Positions 1 to 9,902 are shown, numbered from the stretch's first letter. The stretch: 61,585 nt of DNA from Myxococcales bacterium (GCA_037440145.1 JBBIUR010000020.1:1-61585), one strand, 5' to 3'. Numbers and translations: made by a program. The notes: generated by a model from the letters alone, not told the origin.

Positions 1-656
1 GTTGGCCTCTGACATGTTGGCCTCCCTTCTTCGTGCGCGCAGCCGCGCCCCTACCTGTGTCGTTCGCGCCACCACGACGCCCAGCGGGCGAGCGCCCAGG
101 CCGCGCGCTCCACTGTCGGGAACACCGCGAGGCGGGCGTCGACGAGGTGTGCTTCAACATGGAGGTGTGGGAGGAGCGCTTGTGGGACGAGATCGTCCCC
201 GGCAAGCAACGCCACATCGGCCGCCGCGCCTGGATGGATCGCCTCGCGGCAGCGGCCGAGCGGTTCGGCCGGGGCCGCGCACTGTGCCAGTTCGTCGTCG
301 GCGTGGAAATGGTGTCCGGGGCATTTTCCTCCTTCGCGGAAGGGCTGCGGTCGGTGATCGCCGGCTTCGAATGGTGCGCGCAGAATGGCGTCCAGCCGCG
401 CAGCCACATCTGGTGCAATACGCCGGGCTCTCTGTACGAGCCGCGGCCCGTCCCGCCCACGGAGTATTTCCTCACCCTGGCTCGCGAGCACTACCGGATC
501 ACCGAGAAGTACGGAATGCGCTTTCCCGCCGAGTACCGGCCCCCGTACACCGCTTCGTGTCCTCGCTGCGGCTACCTGAGCGCGGACGCGGACTTCGCAT
601 GGCTCTTGGCCGGCGCGGGCGCCGAGCCCGCGAGTGCGAGCTCGCACCCGCACTGA
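1..656 (+). CDS. radical SAM-like protein, C-terminal part (5' end outside the window); paralogue of the next gene
   Basis: Frame 3 is open from the window edge (first full codon at nt 3) to TGA 654-656. MEVWEERLWDEIVPGKQRHIGRRAWMDRL, FVVGVEM, GFEWCAQNGVQP and PPTEYFL align by eye with MEVWDERLFPVVCPGKARHVGRSRWLEDL, FVAGVEM, GFEWLCRHDVRP and PPATEYYL of the following ORF. Confidence 0.6.
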   Translation, partial: WPLTCWPPFFVRAAAPLPVSFAPPRRPAGERPGRALHCREHREAGVDEVCFNMEVWEERLWDEIVPGKQRHIGRRAWMDRLAAAAERFGRGRALCQFVVGVEMVSGAFSSFAEGLRSVIAGFEWCAQNGVQPRSHIWCNTPGSLYEPRPVPPTEYFLTLAREHYRITEKYGMRFPAEYRPPYTASCPRCGYLSADADFAWLLAGAGAEPASASSHPH

Positions 657-675
657 AGCGATGGGGAGGGACGCC

Positions 676-2019
676 ATGCGCGAGGGGAACGCGAGGTCAG
701 CGGCAGAAGCTGCGGCTCCGGGATGCAGCCGCTTGGCGGCGCTCGAAGACCGCTTTCCCGAGATGCCGCGGAGCATCGTGCTGAAGGCGGACGTGTTGCG
801 CGAGGGCGTCCGCTTCACCCCCGAACTCGCGCAGCTCGGGCGCTGGGCGCTGCCGCAGATTCACTTCATCTTCGAGTGGGACCACGAAGATATCCACCGC
901 CCCGAGGACGTGGCCGAGGGGTGGCTCACGGTACCGCAGGTGTTCTGCCTTCCCGACGGCACCAATGTGCTGATCAAGCTCGATTCGGCGAGCCCGTACG
1001 AGATCCGCTATTTCGGAGACGGGATCTACGGCCTCTGTCGCGACGGGGCGCTCGTCGAGCGGGTGTCTTTCCCGCCGCGGCCACAGTGGTTCACCAAGAG
1101 AACGCGCGACGGCTCGCTCATGTGCAAAGTGGCGGGCGGCAACGGCGAGTGCGTTTTTTCCGTTCTCAATGTCTCTTTCTGCCAGTACTTCACCACCGGC
1201 GAGCAGTGCCGCTTTTGCACCATCGTGCCCACGCAGGACCGCAACCGCGACCTCGGCATGGGGAAGCTCTCGGCCCGCGACCTGGACCGCATTGTGGAGA
1301 CCTTCGACACGGCGGCCGCGGAAGGGGGCATTCAGCATTTTTGCCTGAGCGGCGGCGGCATGCTCGATCGCAGCCAGGAGGCAGCATACTTCGCCCAGCT
1401 CGTGCGCGCTTTGCGAGCTGCCGAGGGGTACGCGGGGCAGCCGTTTTTGATCGCCTCGCAGGCGCTAGACCGCGACGATGCCCTGCGGCTGTGCGAAGCA
1501 GGCGAGGGGGCAATCCAAGTCTCGTATCCCATGGAGGTTTGGGACGAGCGCCTGTTTCCGGTGGTCTGTCCCGGAAAGGCGCGGCACGTGGGGCGCAGCC
1601 GATGGCTGGAGGACCTCTGTCTGGCAGTCGAGATCTTTGGCCGCGGCAACGTCGGTACCAACTTCGTCGCCGGGGTCGAGATGGCGCGGCCCGAGGGGTT
1701 TTCCGACCCCGAACAGGGATTGCGCTCCGTCGTGGAGGGGTTCGAGTGGCTGTGCCGGCACGACGTGCGGCCGTCGTTTAGCCCGTGGACCGTGGCGCCG
1801 GGCTCCGCGTGGGCCGATGCCGAACCCCCGGCCACGGAGTATTACCTGGCTCTCGGCATCGAGCTGTACCGGCTCCAGAAGCGCTACGGTTTGTCGTACG
1901 ACGTGGGCTTGAACGCGGGCTGCTACAAGTGCGGCGTGTACACGATCACGCGCGACTTTCCGCGGCTGCTCGACGGTGCAGAGCAGGACGGCTCTGCAAT
2001 GGTGGGAGAGGCGGGGTGA
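676..2019 (+). CDS. radical SAM-like protein with non-canonical Cys spacing
   Basis: ORF 634-2019. ATG 676 is preferred because GGGGAGGG (663-670) lies 5 nt upstream; ATG 634 and 661 are alternatives. Cys triad SFCQYFTTGEQCRFC (C-x8-C-x2-C), glycine-rich FCLSGGG, and a BioB-like barrel segment (VCPGKARHVG...NFVAGVEM). Confidence 0.55.
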   Translation: MREGNARSAAEAAAPGCSRLAALEDRFPEMPRSIVLKADVLREGVRFTPELAQLGRWALPQIHFIFEWDHEDIHRPEDVAEGWLTVPQVFCLPDGTNVLIKLDSASPYEIRYFGDGIYGLCRDGALVERVSFPPRPQWFTKRTRDGSLMCKVAGGNGECVFSVLNVSFCQYFTTGEQCRFCTIVPTQDRNRDLGMGKLSARDLDRIVETFDTAAAEGGIQHFCLSGGGMLDRSQEAAYFAQLVRALRAAEGYAGQPFLIASQALDRDDALRLCEAGEGAIQVSYPMEVWDERLFPVVCPGKARHVGRSRWLEDLCLAVEIFGRGNVGTNFVAGVEMARPEGFSDPEQGLRSVVEGFEWLCRHDVRPSFSPWTVAPGSAWADAEPPATEYYLALGIELYRLQKRYGLSYDVGLNAGCYKCGVYTITRDFPRLLDGAEQDGSAMVGEAG

Positions 2020-2080
2020 AGGTCGCGTCGGAGCCGATGGCGGGCGCGGGCAACGCGGCGGCAAGCACCTGGGGGCGCGC

Positions 2081-2857
2081 ATGAGCCGGGGCCGGCTAGC
2101 GGGCAAGGTCGCGCTGATCACCGGAGCCGCGTCGGGCATCGGGCGCGCGAGCGCGGAGCTGTTCGCGGCAGAAGGGGCGCGCGTGGTGTGCGTCGACTGG
2201 AACGAGGCGGCGGGACGGGAAGCGGTGGAGGAGGTCCGGGCCGCCGGCGGAGAGGCGGCGTTTTTCTGCGCGAACGTAGCCGTGGAGGCCGAGGTGCGGG
2301 CGATGATCGCGTTCGCCGTTTCCGCGTACGGCGGGCTCGACATCCTGTTCAACAACGCGGGCGTCGCTGCGATCCGCGAGGGGCGCGATAACGTCGTCAC
2401 CGAACTGCCGGCCGAGGATTGGGATTACACCCACGCGATCAACCTGAAGGGCGTCTTTTTCGGCTGCAAGCACGGCATCCCGGAGCTCATCCGGCGCGGT
2501 GGCGGTGCTATTGTCAACACTGCGTCCGCGGCGGCAGTGCGCGGGAGCCCGTTCCCCATCCACGCGTACACCGCGGCAAAGGGCGGCGTCGTGGCGCTCA
2601 CGCGGGCCATTGCCGTGGCCTACGGGCGACAGGGCGTGCGCGCGAACGCGATCGTTGCAGGAGCCATCGCCACGCCGATGTCGAATTACTACCGGGACGA
2701 GTGGGTGCGGAAGATGTACGAGGAAGCGATCCCGCTCGGGCGCGTCGGAGAGGCGCGCGACGTGGCCTATGCGGCTCTGTATCTGGCCTCCGACGAGGCC
2801 CGGTTCGTCACCGGCCACGCCTTGGTGGTCGACGGGGGCAAGAGCATCCGGGGATGA
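2081..2857 (+). CDS. SDR family oxidoreductase
   Basis: ATG 2081 inside ORF 1976-2857. Motifs LITGAASGIGRA (TGxxxGxG), NNAG and YTAAKGG (YxxxK); C-terminal VVDGG. Confidence 0.85.
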   Translation: MSRGRLAGKVALITGAASGIGRASAELFAAEGARVVCVDWNEAAGREAVEEVRAAGGEAAFFCANVAVEAEVRAMIAFAVSAYGGLDILFNNAGVAAIREGRDNVVTELPAEDWDYTHAINLKGVFFGCKHGIPELIRRGGGAIVNTASAAAVRGSPFPIHAYTAAKGGVVALTRAIAVAYGRQGVRANAIVAGAIATPMSNYYRDEWVRKMYEEAIPLGRVGEARDVAYAALYLASDEARFVTGHALVVDGGKSIRG

Positions 2858-2975
2858 GCGGAGCAGTGGCACCTCGGGCCTCGATGGACCCGCTCGCGGG
2901 CCGGTACGGCGCCGCTGTGCCGGCTCGGCGCCGTGCCCCGGGCCGCGTGCCGGCGCGCCGCGGAGGGCTCCGGTA

Positions 2976-5852
2976 GTGGGGATCACGCGGCGCGACTTTC
3001 TCAGAGGCGCAGCGGCGCTGTCGCTCGCCGCGCCGGCGCTCCGCCTCCGCAACCTCGCCGCAGCACCTGCCGCAGGGGCAGCGCCGCCGGGTTCGGAGCT
3101 CCCCGCGTACCGGAGCTGGGAGGACGTGTACCGGCGCCAGTGGCAATGGGACCGCATCGTCCGCGGTACCCACTTGTGGGCCAACTGCGCTTCGGCGTGC
3201 AGCATGATGCTCTACGTGCGCGACGGCGTGGTGTGGCGCGAAGAGCAGGCTGGGGTCTATGAGCAAACCAACCCGCAGCTCCCCGACTTCAACCCGCGCG
3301 GCTGCCAGAAGGGGGCGTGTTACACCGAGCTCATGTATGGCCCGGGACGGCTTCGCTACCCGTTGCGCCGGGTGGGCCCGCGGGGCTCGGGAAGATGGCA
3401 GCGAGTCTCCTGGGACGAGGCGCTGACCGAGATCGCGGATCGCGTGATCGATGTCTTCCTCGAGGACGGGCCCCAGTGCATCACCTGGGACTTCGGCAAC
3501 ATGGATTTCGGGCCGTGCGCGGCGGCACAGATGCGGCTGTTCGGCCTCCTGGGGGTGCCCACTACCGATGCTCTGGCAGGGACGGGCGACCTCCCTCTGG
3601 GAGCGCTGCAGACGTGGGGCTTCGGGGCCGTAGATGGGTCGGCCGACGACTGGTTCCGCTCGGATTGCATCCTCGTGTGGAGCATGAACCCCGCCTACAC
3701 GCGCATCCCCGAGGCGCACTTCCTCTGGGAAGCGCGCTACCGCGGTGCCACGGTCATATCGATCGCGCCGGACTACAACGCGAGTTCGATCCACGCGGAT
3801 CTGTGGCTCAATCCCCGCGTGGGCACCGACACCGCACTCGCGCTCGGCATGGCGCGAGTGATCGTCGAGGAAAAGCTCTACCGCGAGCGGTATGTCCAGG
3901 AGCAGACCGACCTGCCGTTGCTCGTGCGCGACGACACGCGGCGGTTCCTGCGCGCGAGGGACCTGGGGGGAGCCGGAGACGGATTCTTCGTTTGGGACCG
4001 CAAAACTGGCCGGATCGCACGCGCCCCGGGCCCCAGTGGTTGGCGGGGCGGAAGCCTGGAGCTCGGGGAGCTCGATCCAGCCCTCGAAGGCGCGTACCGC
4101 GTGCGCGTGGCCGAGGGCGAAGTGACCGTGCGCCCCGTCTTCGCCCTCCTGCGCGAACAGCTCGCCCCGTACTCGCCGCAGCGGGTCGCCGCGATCACCG
4201 GCGTGGGCGCCGATATCGTGGTCGCCGTGGCGCGCAAGCTAGCGGCCGCGCGGGCCGCGTCGATCCTGGCTTCGTTCGGTTCCTGCAAGCACTATCACGC
4301 CGATCTCCTGCAGCGCAGCATGATCCTCTTGCTCGCGCTCTCGGGCCACCAGGGCAAGCCCGGAGGGGGCCTGCGCCTGAGCGCGATGTGGTCGCTCAGC
4401 GGCTTCGAGTGGCTGGCGGGTGCCTACGAGCCGCCGTTCTGGCAGCGCCTCGCCCTCTCCTGGTACCGACCGCGGCCAGCTACCGTGGAGCGGCATCTGG
4501 CCGCATACGTGCGCGAGAAACACCCGTTCCAGCCCATCCTGCTGTGGCTCTGGTACCACGGCGGCTTGCGAGAGTTACTCGGAGAACGGGATCCCGAGCT
4601 GGCAGTAGCAGTGGACAAAGCGTGCCGGCTCGGGTGGATGCCCATCTTTCCGCGCCCCGAGGCGCGGCCGCGGATTTTCTTTGCCACGGGCGCCAACGCG
4701 CTGCGCCGCTGGCCCGTACCGCAGCTCGTGCGGGAGCACCTGTGGCCCAAGCTCGACCTCGTCGTGGCCGTCGATTTCCGCATGTCGACCACGGCGCTGC
4801 ACGCCGATCTCGTGCTGCCCGCAGCCGGGTACTACGAGAAGCGCGGCATCAAGTACGCGCAGAGCTATCTGCCCTACGTCGTCTTCGGCGACCGCGCCGT
4901 GGCCCCGCCCGGGGAGGCCCGCAGCGAGTGGGAAATCTATGGCGCGCTGGCGCAGCGCATCCAAGAGCGCGCGCGGGAAAGGGGAGCGGGCCGCTATCGC
5001 GACGCGCTCGGCCACGAGCGGGACCTGACGTCGCTCTACGACCGCTGGAGCGGCGGCGGTGCCTTCCCCTGGAGCGACGACCGCCCCGCCCTGGATTTCA
5101 TCGTCGAGCGCTCCTCCCCCTTGGCAGGGGTCTCCTGGGACCAGGGAGCCGCAGCCGGAGCCGTGCGCATTCGAGACATCGGAATGTACGGGCCGGGCAA
5201 CGCGATCTGCAGCGATTTTCGCCCCGGCCAGAGCATCTACCCGTCGCAGTGGTTCGTCGAGCGGAAAATTCCGTGGCCGACAGAGACGGGCCGCCAGCAG
5301 TTCTACATCGACCATCCGTGGTTCCTGCAAGACGGCGAAGCGCTCCCCACCTACAAGGAGCCGCCGGCGGATCCGCGGTATCCGCTGCGGCTCACCGGGG
5401 GCCATACGCGATGGTCGGTCCACGCGATCTGGCGTTCCGATCCTACCATGTTGCGGTTGCAGCGGGGTGAGCCCGTGCTGTACCTCTCGGAGCGAGACGC
5501 GCGAGTGCGGGGCATCCGGGACCACGATCTCGTGCGCGTCTTCAACGCCGTTGGCTCCTTCCGCGCGCGCGCCAAGGTCGCGCCCGCGGTGCAGCCGGGC
5601 CAGGTGGCGATCTACCACGCGTGGGAGCCGTTCCAGTTTCCAGAGTGGCGGAGCAGCCAGGACGTCATCGCCTCGCCCTTCAAGCGCACCCACCTGGTTG
5701 GGAATCACGGCCACATCCGCTATCGGATGTATGCGCTGTCGCCTGGATACACGCCGCGGGGAACCCCGGTCGAAGTGGTCCTGGACACCGGGGCAGCCGA
5801 AGGCGCTGGGTGCCGCCGAATCGCGGGCATCGAAGGGCAGGCGAATCTCTGA
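2976..5852 (+). CDS. Tat-signal molybdopterin (bis-PGD) oxidoreductase catalytic subunit, type II DMSO-reductase family (NarG/EbdA-like), paralogue A1
   Basis: GTG 2976 follows GGAGGG (2963-2968); the longer ORF start at 2499 is rejected. N-terminus GITRRDFLRGAAALSLAAP is a twin-arginine motif. FS0-type motif THLWANCASAC...NPRGCQKGAC, GDLPLGALQTWG, and IPEAHFLWEARYRG...APDYNASSIHADLWL resemble NarG as I remember it. 958 aa. Confidence 0.8.
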   Translation: MGITRRDFLRGAAALSLAAPALRLRNLAAAPAAGAAPPGSELPAYRSWEDVYRRQWQWDRIVRGTHLWANCASACSMMLYVRDGVVWREEQAGVYEQTNPQLPDFNPRGCQKGACYTELMYGPGRLRYPLRRVGPRGSGRWQRVSWDEALTEIADRVIDVFLEDGPQCITWDFGNMDFGPCAAAQMRLFGLLGVPTTDALAGTGDLPLGALQTWGFGAVDGSADDWFRSDCILVWSMNPAYTRIPEAHFLWEARYRGATVISIAPDYNASSIHADLWLNPRVGTDTALALGMARVIVEEKLYRERYVQEQTDLPLLVRDDTRRFLRARDLGGAGDGFFVWDRKTGRIARAPGPSGWRGGSLELGELDPALEGAYRVRVAEGEVTVRPVFALLREQLAPYSPQRVAAITGVGADIVVAVARKLAAARAASILASFGSCKHYHADLLQRSMILLLALSGHQGKPGGGLRLSAMWSLSGFEWLAGAYEPPFWQRLALSWYRPRPATVERHLAAYVREKHPFQPILLWLWYHGGLRELLGERDPELAVAVDKACRLGWMPIFPRPEARPRIFFATGANALRRWPVPQLVREHLWPKLDLVVAVDFRMSTTALHADLVLPAAGYYEKRGIKYAQSYLPYVVFGDRAVAPPGEARSEWEIYGALAQRIQERARERGAGRYRDALGHERDLTSLYDRWSGGGAFPWSDDRPALDFIVERSSPLAGVSWDQGAAAGAVRIRDIGMYGPGNAICSDFRPGQSIYPSQWFVERKIPWPTETGRQQFYIDHPWFLQDGEALPTYKEPPADPRYPLRLTGGHTRWSVHAIWRSDPTMLRLQRGEPVLYLSERDARVRGIRDHDLVRVFNAVGSFRARAKVAPAVQPGQVAIYHAWEPFQFPEWRSSQDVIASPFKRTHLVGNHGHIRYRMYALSPGYTPRGTPVEVVLDTGAAEGAGCRRIAGIEGQANL

Positions 5853-5880
5853 ATTGCCGCGCTAGCGGCGGAGGGAAGAA

Positions 5881-7779
5881 ATGGAAAACCGACTGCAGAC
5901 GAAGAGCCGGCCGGCCGCCGAGCCGTCGCAGGCCACCGAGCGCGACCTCCAAGCGTACGCGGTGCGCCTCCGGGCGCACTGCCTGCGCGCGACCTCCGAA
6001 GCGGGCTCGGGCCACCCGACTACGTGCCTGTCGGCCGCCGATATCGTCGCCGCGCTCTTCTTCCGGGTGATGCGGTATTATCCCGAAGACCCCGCACACC
6101 CCGACAACGACCGCTTCGTTCTCTCGAAGGGCCACGCGGCGCCGCTGTTGTACGCCGCGTGGGCCGAAGCCGGCGCCCTGCCGGAGGAGAAGCTGCTCAA
6201 GCTGCGCCAGTGGGAGAGCGAGCTCGAAGGGCACCCCACGCCGCGGTTTCCAGGAACCGTAGCAGCGACGGGGTCGCTGGGCCAGGGCCTGTCCATTGGC
6301 GCCGGCGTAGCCCTCGCGGCCAAGTTCGACCGCCAGCCGGTGCGCGTGTACGTCTTGCTCGGCGACGGCGAGATGGCCGAGGGAGCGGTGTGGGAAGCTG
6401 TGGGGCTCGCGGCGCATTACCGGCTCGACAACCTGGTGGCGATCGTGGACGTGAACGGCCTGGGCCAGAGCGGCCGGACCATGTACGGGTTCGACCTCGA
6501 GGCGTACCGCGCGCGTTTTGCCGCATTCGGGTGGCATGCGCTCGCCGTCGACGGGCACGACATGCGCCAGATCCTGGACGCGTTCGCAGCTGCCGAGGGC
6601 ATCGCGGGGCGACCCGTGGCGATTATCGCCAAGACCATCAAGGGACGTGGGGTCTCGTTCCTCGAGGATCGCGAGGGATGGCATGGAAAGCCGCTGAAAA
6701 AAGGCGAGGAGCTCGAGCGCGCCTTGCAGGACCTGGGACCTCTGCCCGAACGGCCTGCCCCCATGGCCCCCGTCTCGCGGCCAGTGGCGCGCTGGAAACT
6801 GGAGGCGCCGCTCATCCCGCCACTGCCGCCCCCGGCGTATCGCGAGGGGGAAATGGTAGCGACGCGGGAAGCGTACGGCACGGCCCTGGCGAAACTCGGC
6901 AGCGCGGCGCCGCACGTGGTGGCGCTGGATGCGGACACGAAGAATTCGACCTTCGCCGAGCGCTTCTTGGCCGCGCACCCGGATCGGTTCATCGAGAGCT
7001 ACATCGCCGAGCAGAACATGATCGGCACGGCAGTGGGGCTGGCGGCTTGCGGGAAGATTCCGTTCCTCTCCAGCTTCGCGTGCTTCCTCACTCGGGGCTT
7101 CGACCACCTGCGCATGGCGGCGATCTCGCGCGCAAACATCAAGTGCGCGGGTTCCCACTGCGGCGTTTCCATCGGCGAGGACGGCCCGTCGCAGATGGGG
7201 CTCGAGGACATCGCGATGATGCGGGCTATTCCCGGTGCCGCGGTTCTGTATCCGGCAGATGCCGTCGCTGCGGAGCGGCTCGTGGAGGCGGCGGCGCGCC
7301 ACCGGGGCATGGTGTACCTACGCCTCACCCGGCCCAAGACCCCGGTGCTCTACCCGCCGGAGGAGGAGTTTCCGATCGGCGGGTGCAAGGTGCTGCGCGC
7401 GGGCGAGCGCGACGCGCTCACGGTGGTGGCGGGGGGGATCACGGTTTTCGAGGCGCTCAAGGCCCACGCGGAGCTCGCCGAAGAGGGGATCGGCATTCGC
7501 GTCATCGACGCCTACTCCGTTCGCCCCCTCGACGAGCGCGCCATCGCCAGCGCCGCCCGCGCTACCCGCAACCGCGTCTTGACGGTGGAGGATCACTATT
7601 TCGACGGCGGCCTGGGCGATGCGGTGCTGAACGCGCTGGCGGGCAGTGGCGTGCGCGTGCACAAGCTCGCAGTGCGCGACGTCCCGCGCTCTGCCAAGCC
7701 CGAGGAGTTGCTGGACGCCTTCGGGATCAGCGCGCGGGCGATCGCGGAATTCGCGCGGGAGGTGGTGCGGGAGCGCTGA
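5881..7779 (+). CDS. tkt: transketolase (single-chain, ~630 aa type)
   Basis: RBS GGAGGGAAGAA directly upstream of ATG 5881. Motifs GSGHPTTCLSAADI, SKGHAAPLLYA and the TPP-binding GDGEMAEG; C-terminal pyrimidine-binding and C-terminal domains are present. Confidence 0.85.
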   Translation: MENRLQTKSRPAAEPSQATERDLQAYAVRLRAHCLRATSEAGSGHPTTCLSAADIVAALFFRVMRYYPEDPAHPDNDRFVLSKGHAAPLLYAAWAEAGALPEEKLLKLRQWESELEGHPTPRFPGTVAATGSLGQGLSIGAGVALAAKFDRQPVRVYVLLGDGEMAEGAVWEAVGLAAHYRLDNLVAIVDVNGLGQSGRTMYGFDLEAYRARFAAFGWHALAVDGHDMRQILDAFAAAEGIAGRPVAIIAKTIKGRGVSFLEDREGWHGKPLKKGEELERALQDLGPLPERPAPMAPVSRPVARWKLEAPLIPPLPPPAYREGEMVATREAYGTALAKLGSAAPHVVALDADTKNSTFAERFLAAHPDRFIESYIAEQNMIGTAVGLAACGKIPFLSSFACFLTRGFDHLRMAAISRANIKCAGSHCGVSIGEDGPSQMGLEDIAMMRAIPGAAVLYPADAVAAERLVEAAARHRGMVYLRLTRPKTPVLYPPEEEFPIGGCKVLRAGERDALTVVAGGITVFEALKAHAELAEEGIGIRVIDAYSVRPLDERAIASAARATRNRVLTVEDHYFDGGLGDAVLNALAGSGVRVHKLAVRDVPRSAKPEELLDAFGISARAIAEFAREVVRER

Positions 7780-7826
7780 GCGCGGGGGAGGGAAGGCACG
7801 AACGGGTGTGCAGAAAGGAGGTTGCC

Positions 7827-8771
7827 GTGAAGAAGCCCGATCGCATCCGGTTTGGAATCCAGACGGGACAGCAGTTCGCCTCTTGGGACGAGATCGTTCG
7901 CATCTGGAGGCGCGCGGAAGAGCTCGGCTACCACACCGCGTGGACGTACGACCACTTCGTCGCCGTGATGATGGACCCCTTCGACCCTTGCCTGGAGGCG
8001 TGGAGCTGCCTGGCCGCGCTGGCCGTGTACACGCGCAAGATCCGCATCGGCGCCCTCGTGACCGGGAACACGTACCGCCACCCGGCCATCTTGGCCAAGA
8101 TCGCGACGACGGTCGACGTGATCAGCGGCGGCCGGCTGGAGTTAGGGATCGGCACGGGCTGGTACGAGCCCGAGCACTCCATGTTCGGCATCCCATTCGG
8201 TTCGGCCCGCGAGCGGTGCGAGCGCTTGGACGAAGCGCTCACCGTGATCCGGTCGTTGTGGACCCAGAAGGAAACTACGTTCGAAGGCAAGCACTACCGA
8301 CTGCGGGCGGCGGTTGCCGAACCCAAGCCCGTGCAGAAGCCGCATCCTCCCATCACGGTTGCCGGCGCAGGGGAGAAGCGACTTCTGCCCATCGTGGCGC
8401 GCCACGCGAACACGTGGAGCTCGTTTGGCTCGCCGGAGGTGTACCGCCGCAAGATCGAGATCCTGCGGAGCTATTGCGAGCGCGAGCAGCGCGACTGCGA
8501 CGCAATCGAAAAGCAGGTCCTGGTGCCGACTCTGGTGGGGGACGACCTGTCGATGGCCGGCCCCATGATCCAGGGGTACGCCATGTACCAGCAGATCAGC
8601 GAAGACGAGGCGCGGCGATGGATGTTGCTCGGGACCGCCGATGAGGTCTGCCGCCAGATCGACGCCTTCATCGACGCTGGCGTGAGCCACTTCGTCATCA
8701 CCTTGTCCCCGTACAACATGGATGTCTTCGAGCGTTTCGCGACCGAAGTGATGCCCCGCTACGGGACGTAG
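7827..8771 (+). CDS. LLM-class (luciferase-like) flavin/F420-dependent oxidoreductase
   Basis: GTG 7827 with AAAGGAGG (7814-7821) upstream. Motifs ISGGRLELGIGTGW, KPVQKPHPPI and TADEVCRQIDAFIDAGVSHFV are typical of LLM family proteins. Confidence 0.8.
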   Translation: MKKPDRIRFGIQTGQQFASWDEIVRIWRRAEELGYHTAWTYDHFVAVMMDPFDPCLEAWSCLAALAVYTRKIRIGALVTGNTYRHPAILAKIATTVDVISGGRLELGIGTGWYEPEHSMFGIPFGSARERCERLDEALTVIRSLWTQKETTFEGKHYRLRAAVAEPKPVQKPHPPITVAGAGEKRLLPIVARHANTWSSFGSPEVYRRKIEILRSYCEREQRDCDAIEKQVLVPTLVGDDLSMAGPMIQGYAMYQQISEDEARRWMLLGTADEVCRQIDAFIDAGVSHFVITLSPYNMDVFERFATEVMPRYGT

Positions 8772-8778
8772 TTTCACG

Positions 8779-8796
8779 ATCCGGGGGATATTTTTT
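8779..8796 (+). terminator. weak candidate intrinsic terminator after the LLM gene
   Basis: A 4-bp stem ATCC/GGAT with a GGG loop, followed by A and a T6 run (8791-8796). A T-run is conspicuous in this GC-rich DNA, but the stem is very short. Confidence 0.25.
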
Positions 8797-8885
8797 CGCT
8801 CTTTACCGCTGGGTTGGGAGGCACCGGGGTGGTGTTTCGTCGAGTCGCCCCGGCGTCGCCCGCCGCGGGTTCTCGCGCCGCGGCT

Positions 8886-9902
8886 TTACGCACCGAAGTC
8901 CGTGCCTTCGATCCACCCGCAAATGCGGGTAAAGATTTCTTCGGGCGCGCGGTGGCCGAAGACGAGATCCACGTGCCCGTAGTCCGCGCCGAGTCCCGCC
9001 GCCCGGCCCGCAACCCACAGCTCCTTTGCGCGCGAACCGAGCTTTGCGTGGGCGAGGGCGACGACTTCCGGGGGCGCGAGGCGATCGGCGGCTCCGGCGA
9101 CCAGGAGGGCGGGAACGGGGATGTGTTTCAAGTTCGCGCGGTAGTCGATGGCGCCGTCGCGGGAGCAGAATTGGCCGGTGAGGGCCCATCGGGCAAACTG
9201 CTGGACCTTCTCGCGGGCGACGTTGCAGATGAACTTCGATAGCGCGCGGCCGAAGGCGCGCTGGTCGAGGTTGCTTCGATTCATCCCGATCTCCGGGAAC
9301 CAGGGAGCCACAGCCATCAGGGACCACAGGGCCACCAGGAGGTTGCGCTGCGGCAGGCGCGCAGGGCCCGGCAAGCGGAGGAGGAATTCCCCTGCCCGCC
9401 GCCAGGGGCTCGGGGACGGGGAGGGGAAGGTGACGGGCGAGGCCATGGTCACGAGCGATCGGACCAGGGGCTGGATTTCGCGGTCCCGGCCCAGCGCCGC
9501 GTAGGCGACCAGGCCGCCCATGCTGTGCCCGATCCAGACCGGAGCCCGGCCCGTGCGGCCGCACACGTGCCGCACTGCGGTGGGGAAATCGTGTTGGGCG
9601 AGGTCGTCGAACGTCCACCCGCGGCCCCGGCGGCCAAGCACGGGCTCGCTGCAGCCCCGCCCCCGCAGCTCGAGCACCCAGACCTCGAAGCCCCGGCGGG
9701 CGAGAAAGCGGGCCAGCGAGTAGCGGTCGTCGAAGTCCAGAAAGTAGCGGTTGCACCCGAAGCCGGGGCACAGGATGACGGGCGGGAGGTCATCGCGCTT
9801 GCCCGGGTAGCGGTGCAGTGCGAGGTCCCAGTCGTCAGGGGTTCGCGCGTATTCCACTCGCGCCGATCCCACGGGCGGTGCGGTGCTCGCGGCCGCGCTC
9901 AT
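8886..9902 (-). CDS. alpha/beta hydrolase
   Basis: ATG 9902, TAA 8886-8888. Nucleophile elbow GHSMGG; N-terminal ILCPGFGCN loop typical of the fold. Confidence 0.75.
   Translation of the reverse strand: MSAAASTAPPVGSARVEYARTPDDWDLALHRYPGKRDDLPPVILCPGFGCNRYFLDFDDRYSLARFLARRGFEVWVLELRGRGCSEPVLGRRGRGWTFDDLAQHDFPTAVRHVCGRTGRAPVWIGHSMGGLVAYAALGRDREIQPLVRSLVTMASPVTFPSPSPSPWRRAGEFLLRLPGPARLPQRNLLVALWSLMAVAPWFPEIGMNRSNLDQRAFGRALSKFICNVAREKVQQFARWALTGQFCSRDGAIDYRANLKHIPVPALLVAGAADRLAPPEVVALAHAKLGSRAKELWVAGRAAGLGADYGHVDLVFGHRAPEEIFTRICGWIEGTDFGA

Noticed and set aside
2499-2975. Long N-terminal extensions of composite ORFs: 2499-5852, 6024-8771, 22484-26332, 24868-28869, 30363-32336, 31490-33895, 33469-34560, 33930-36143, 37697-39952, 9946-11364 and 20467-21747.
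   Set aside because: The extensions overlap the 3' ends of upstream genes in another frame and have no motif content. In each case an internal ATG or GTG with a GGAGG-type RBS, or a stop/start overlap, coincides with the start of homology.
2976-5852. Calling the Mo enzymes respiratory nitrate reductase NarG.
   Set aside because: They are ~955-977 aa rather than the ~1250 aa of NarG. They carry apparently functional Tat leaders. There is no narH/narJ/narI in the window, and the context is CoA-ester metabolism. Only the family-level call (type II DMSO reductase family) is supported.
8862-8884. GC-rich hairpin GCCGCGG-(9 nt)-CCGCGGC followed by TTT, as a bidirectional terminator between the convergent genes.
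   Set aside because: The U-tract is only 3 nt on the plus strand and absent on the minus strand. The TTT overlaps the hydrolase stop codon. CCGCGG-type self-complementary strings are common in this composition.
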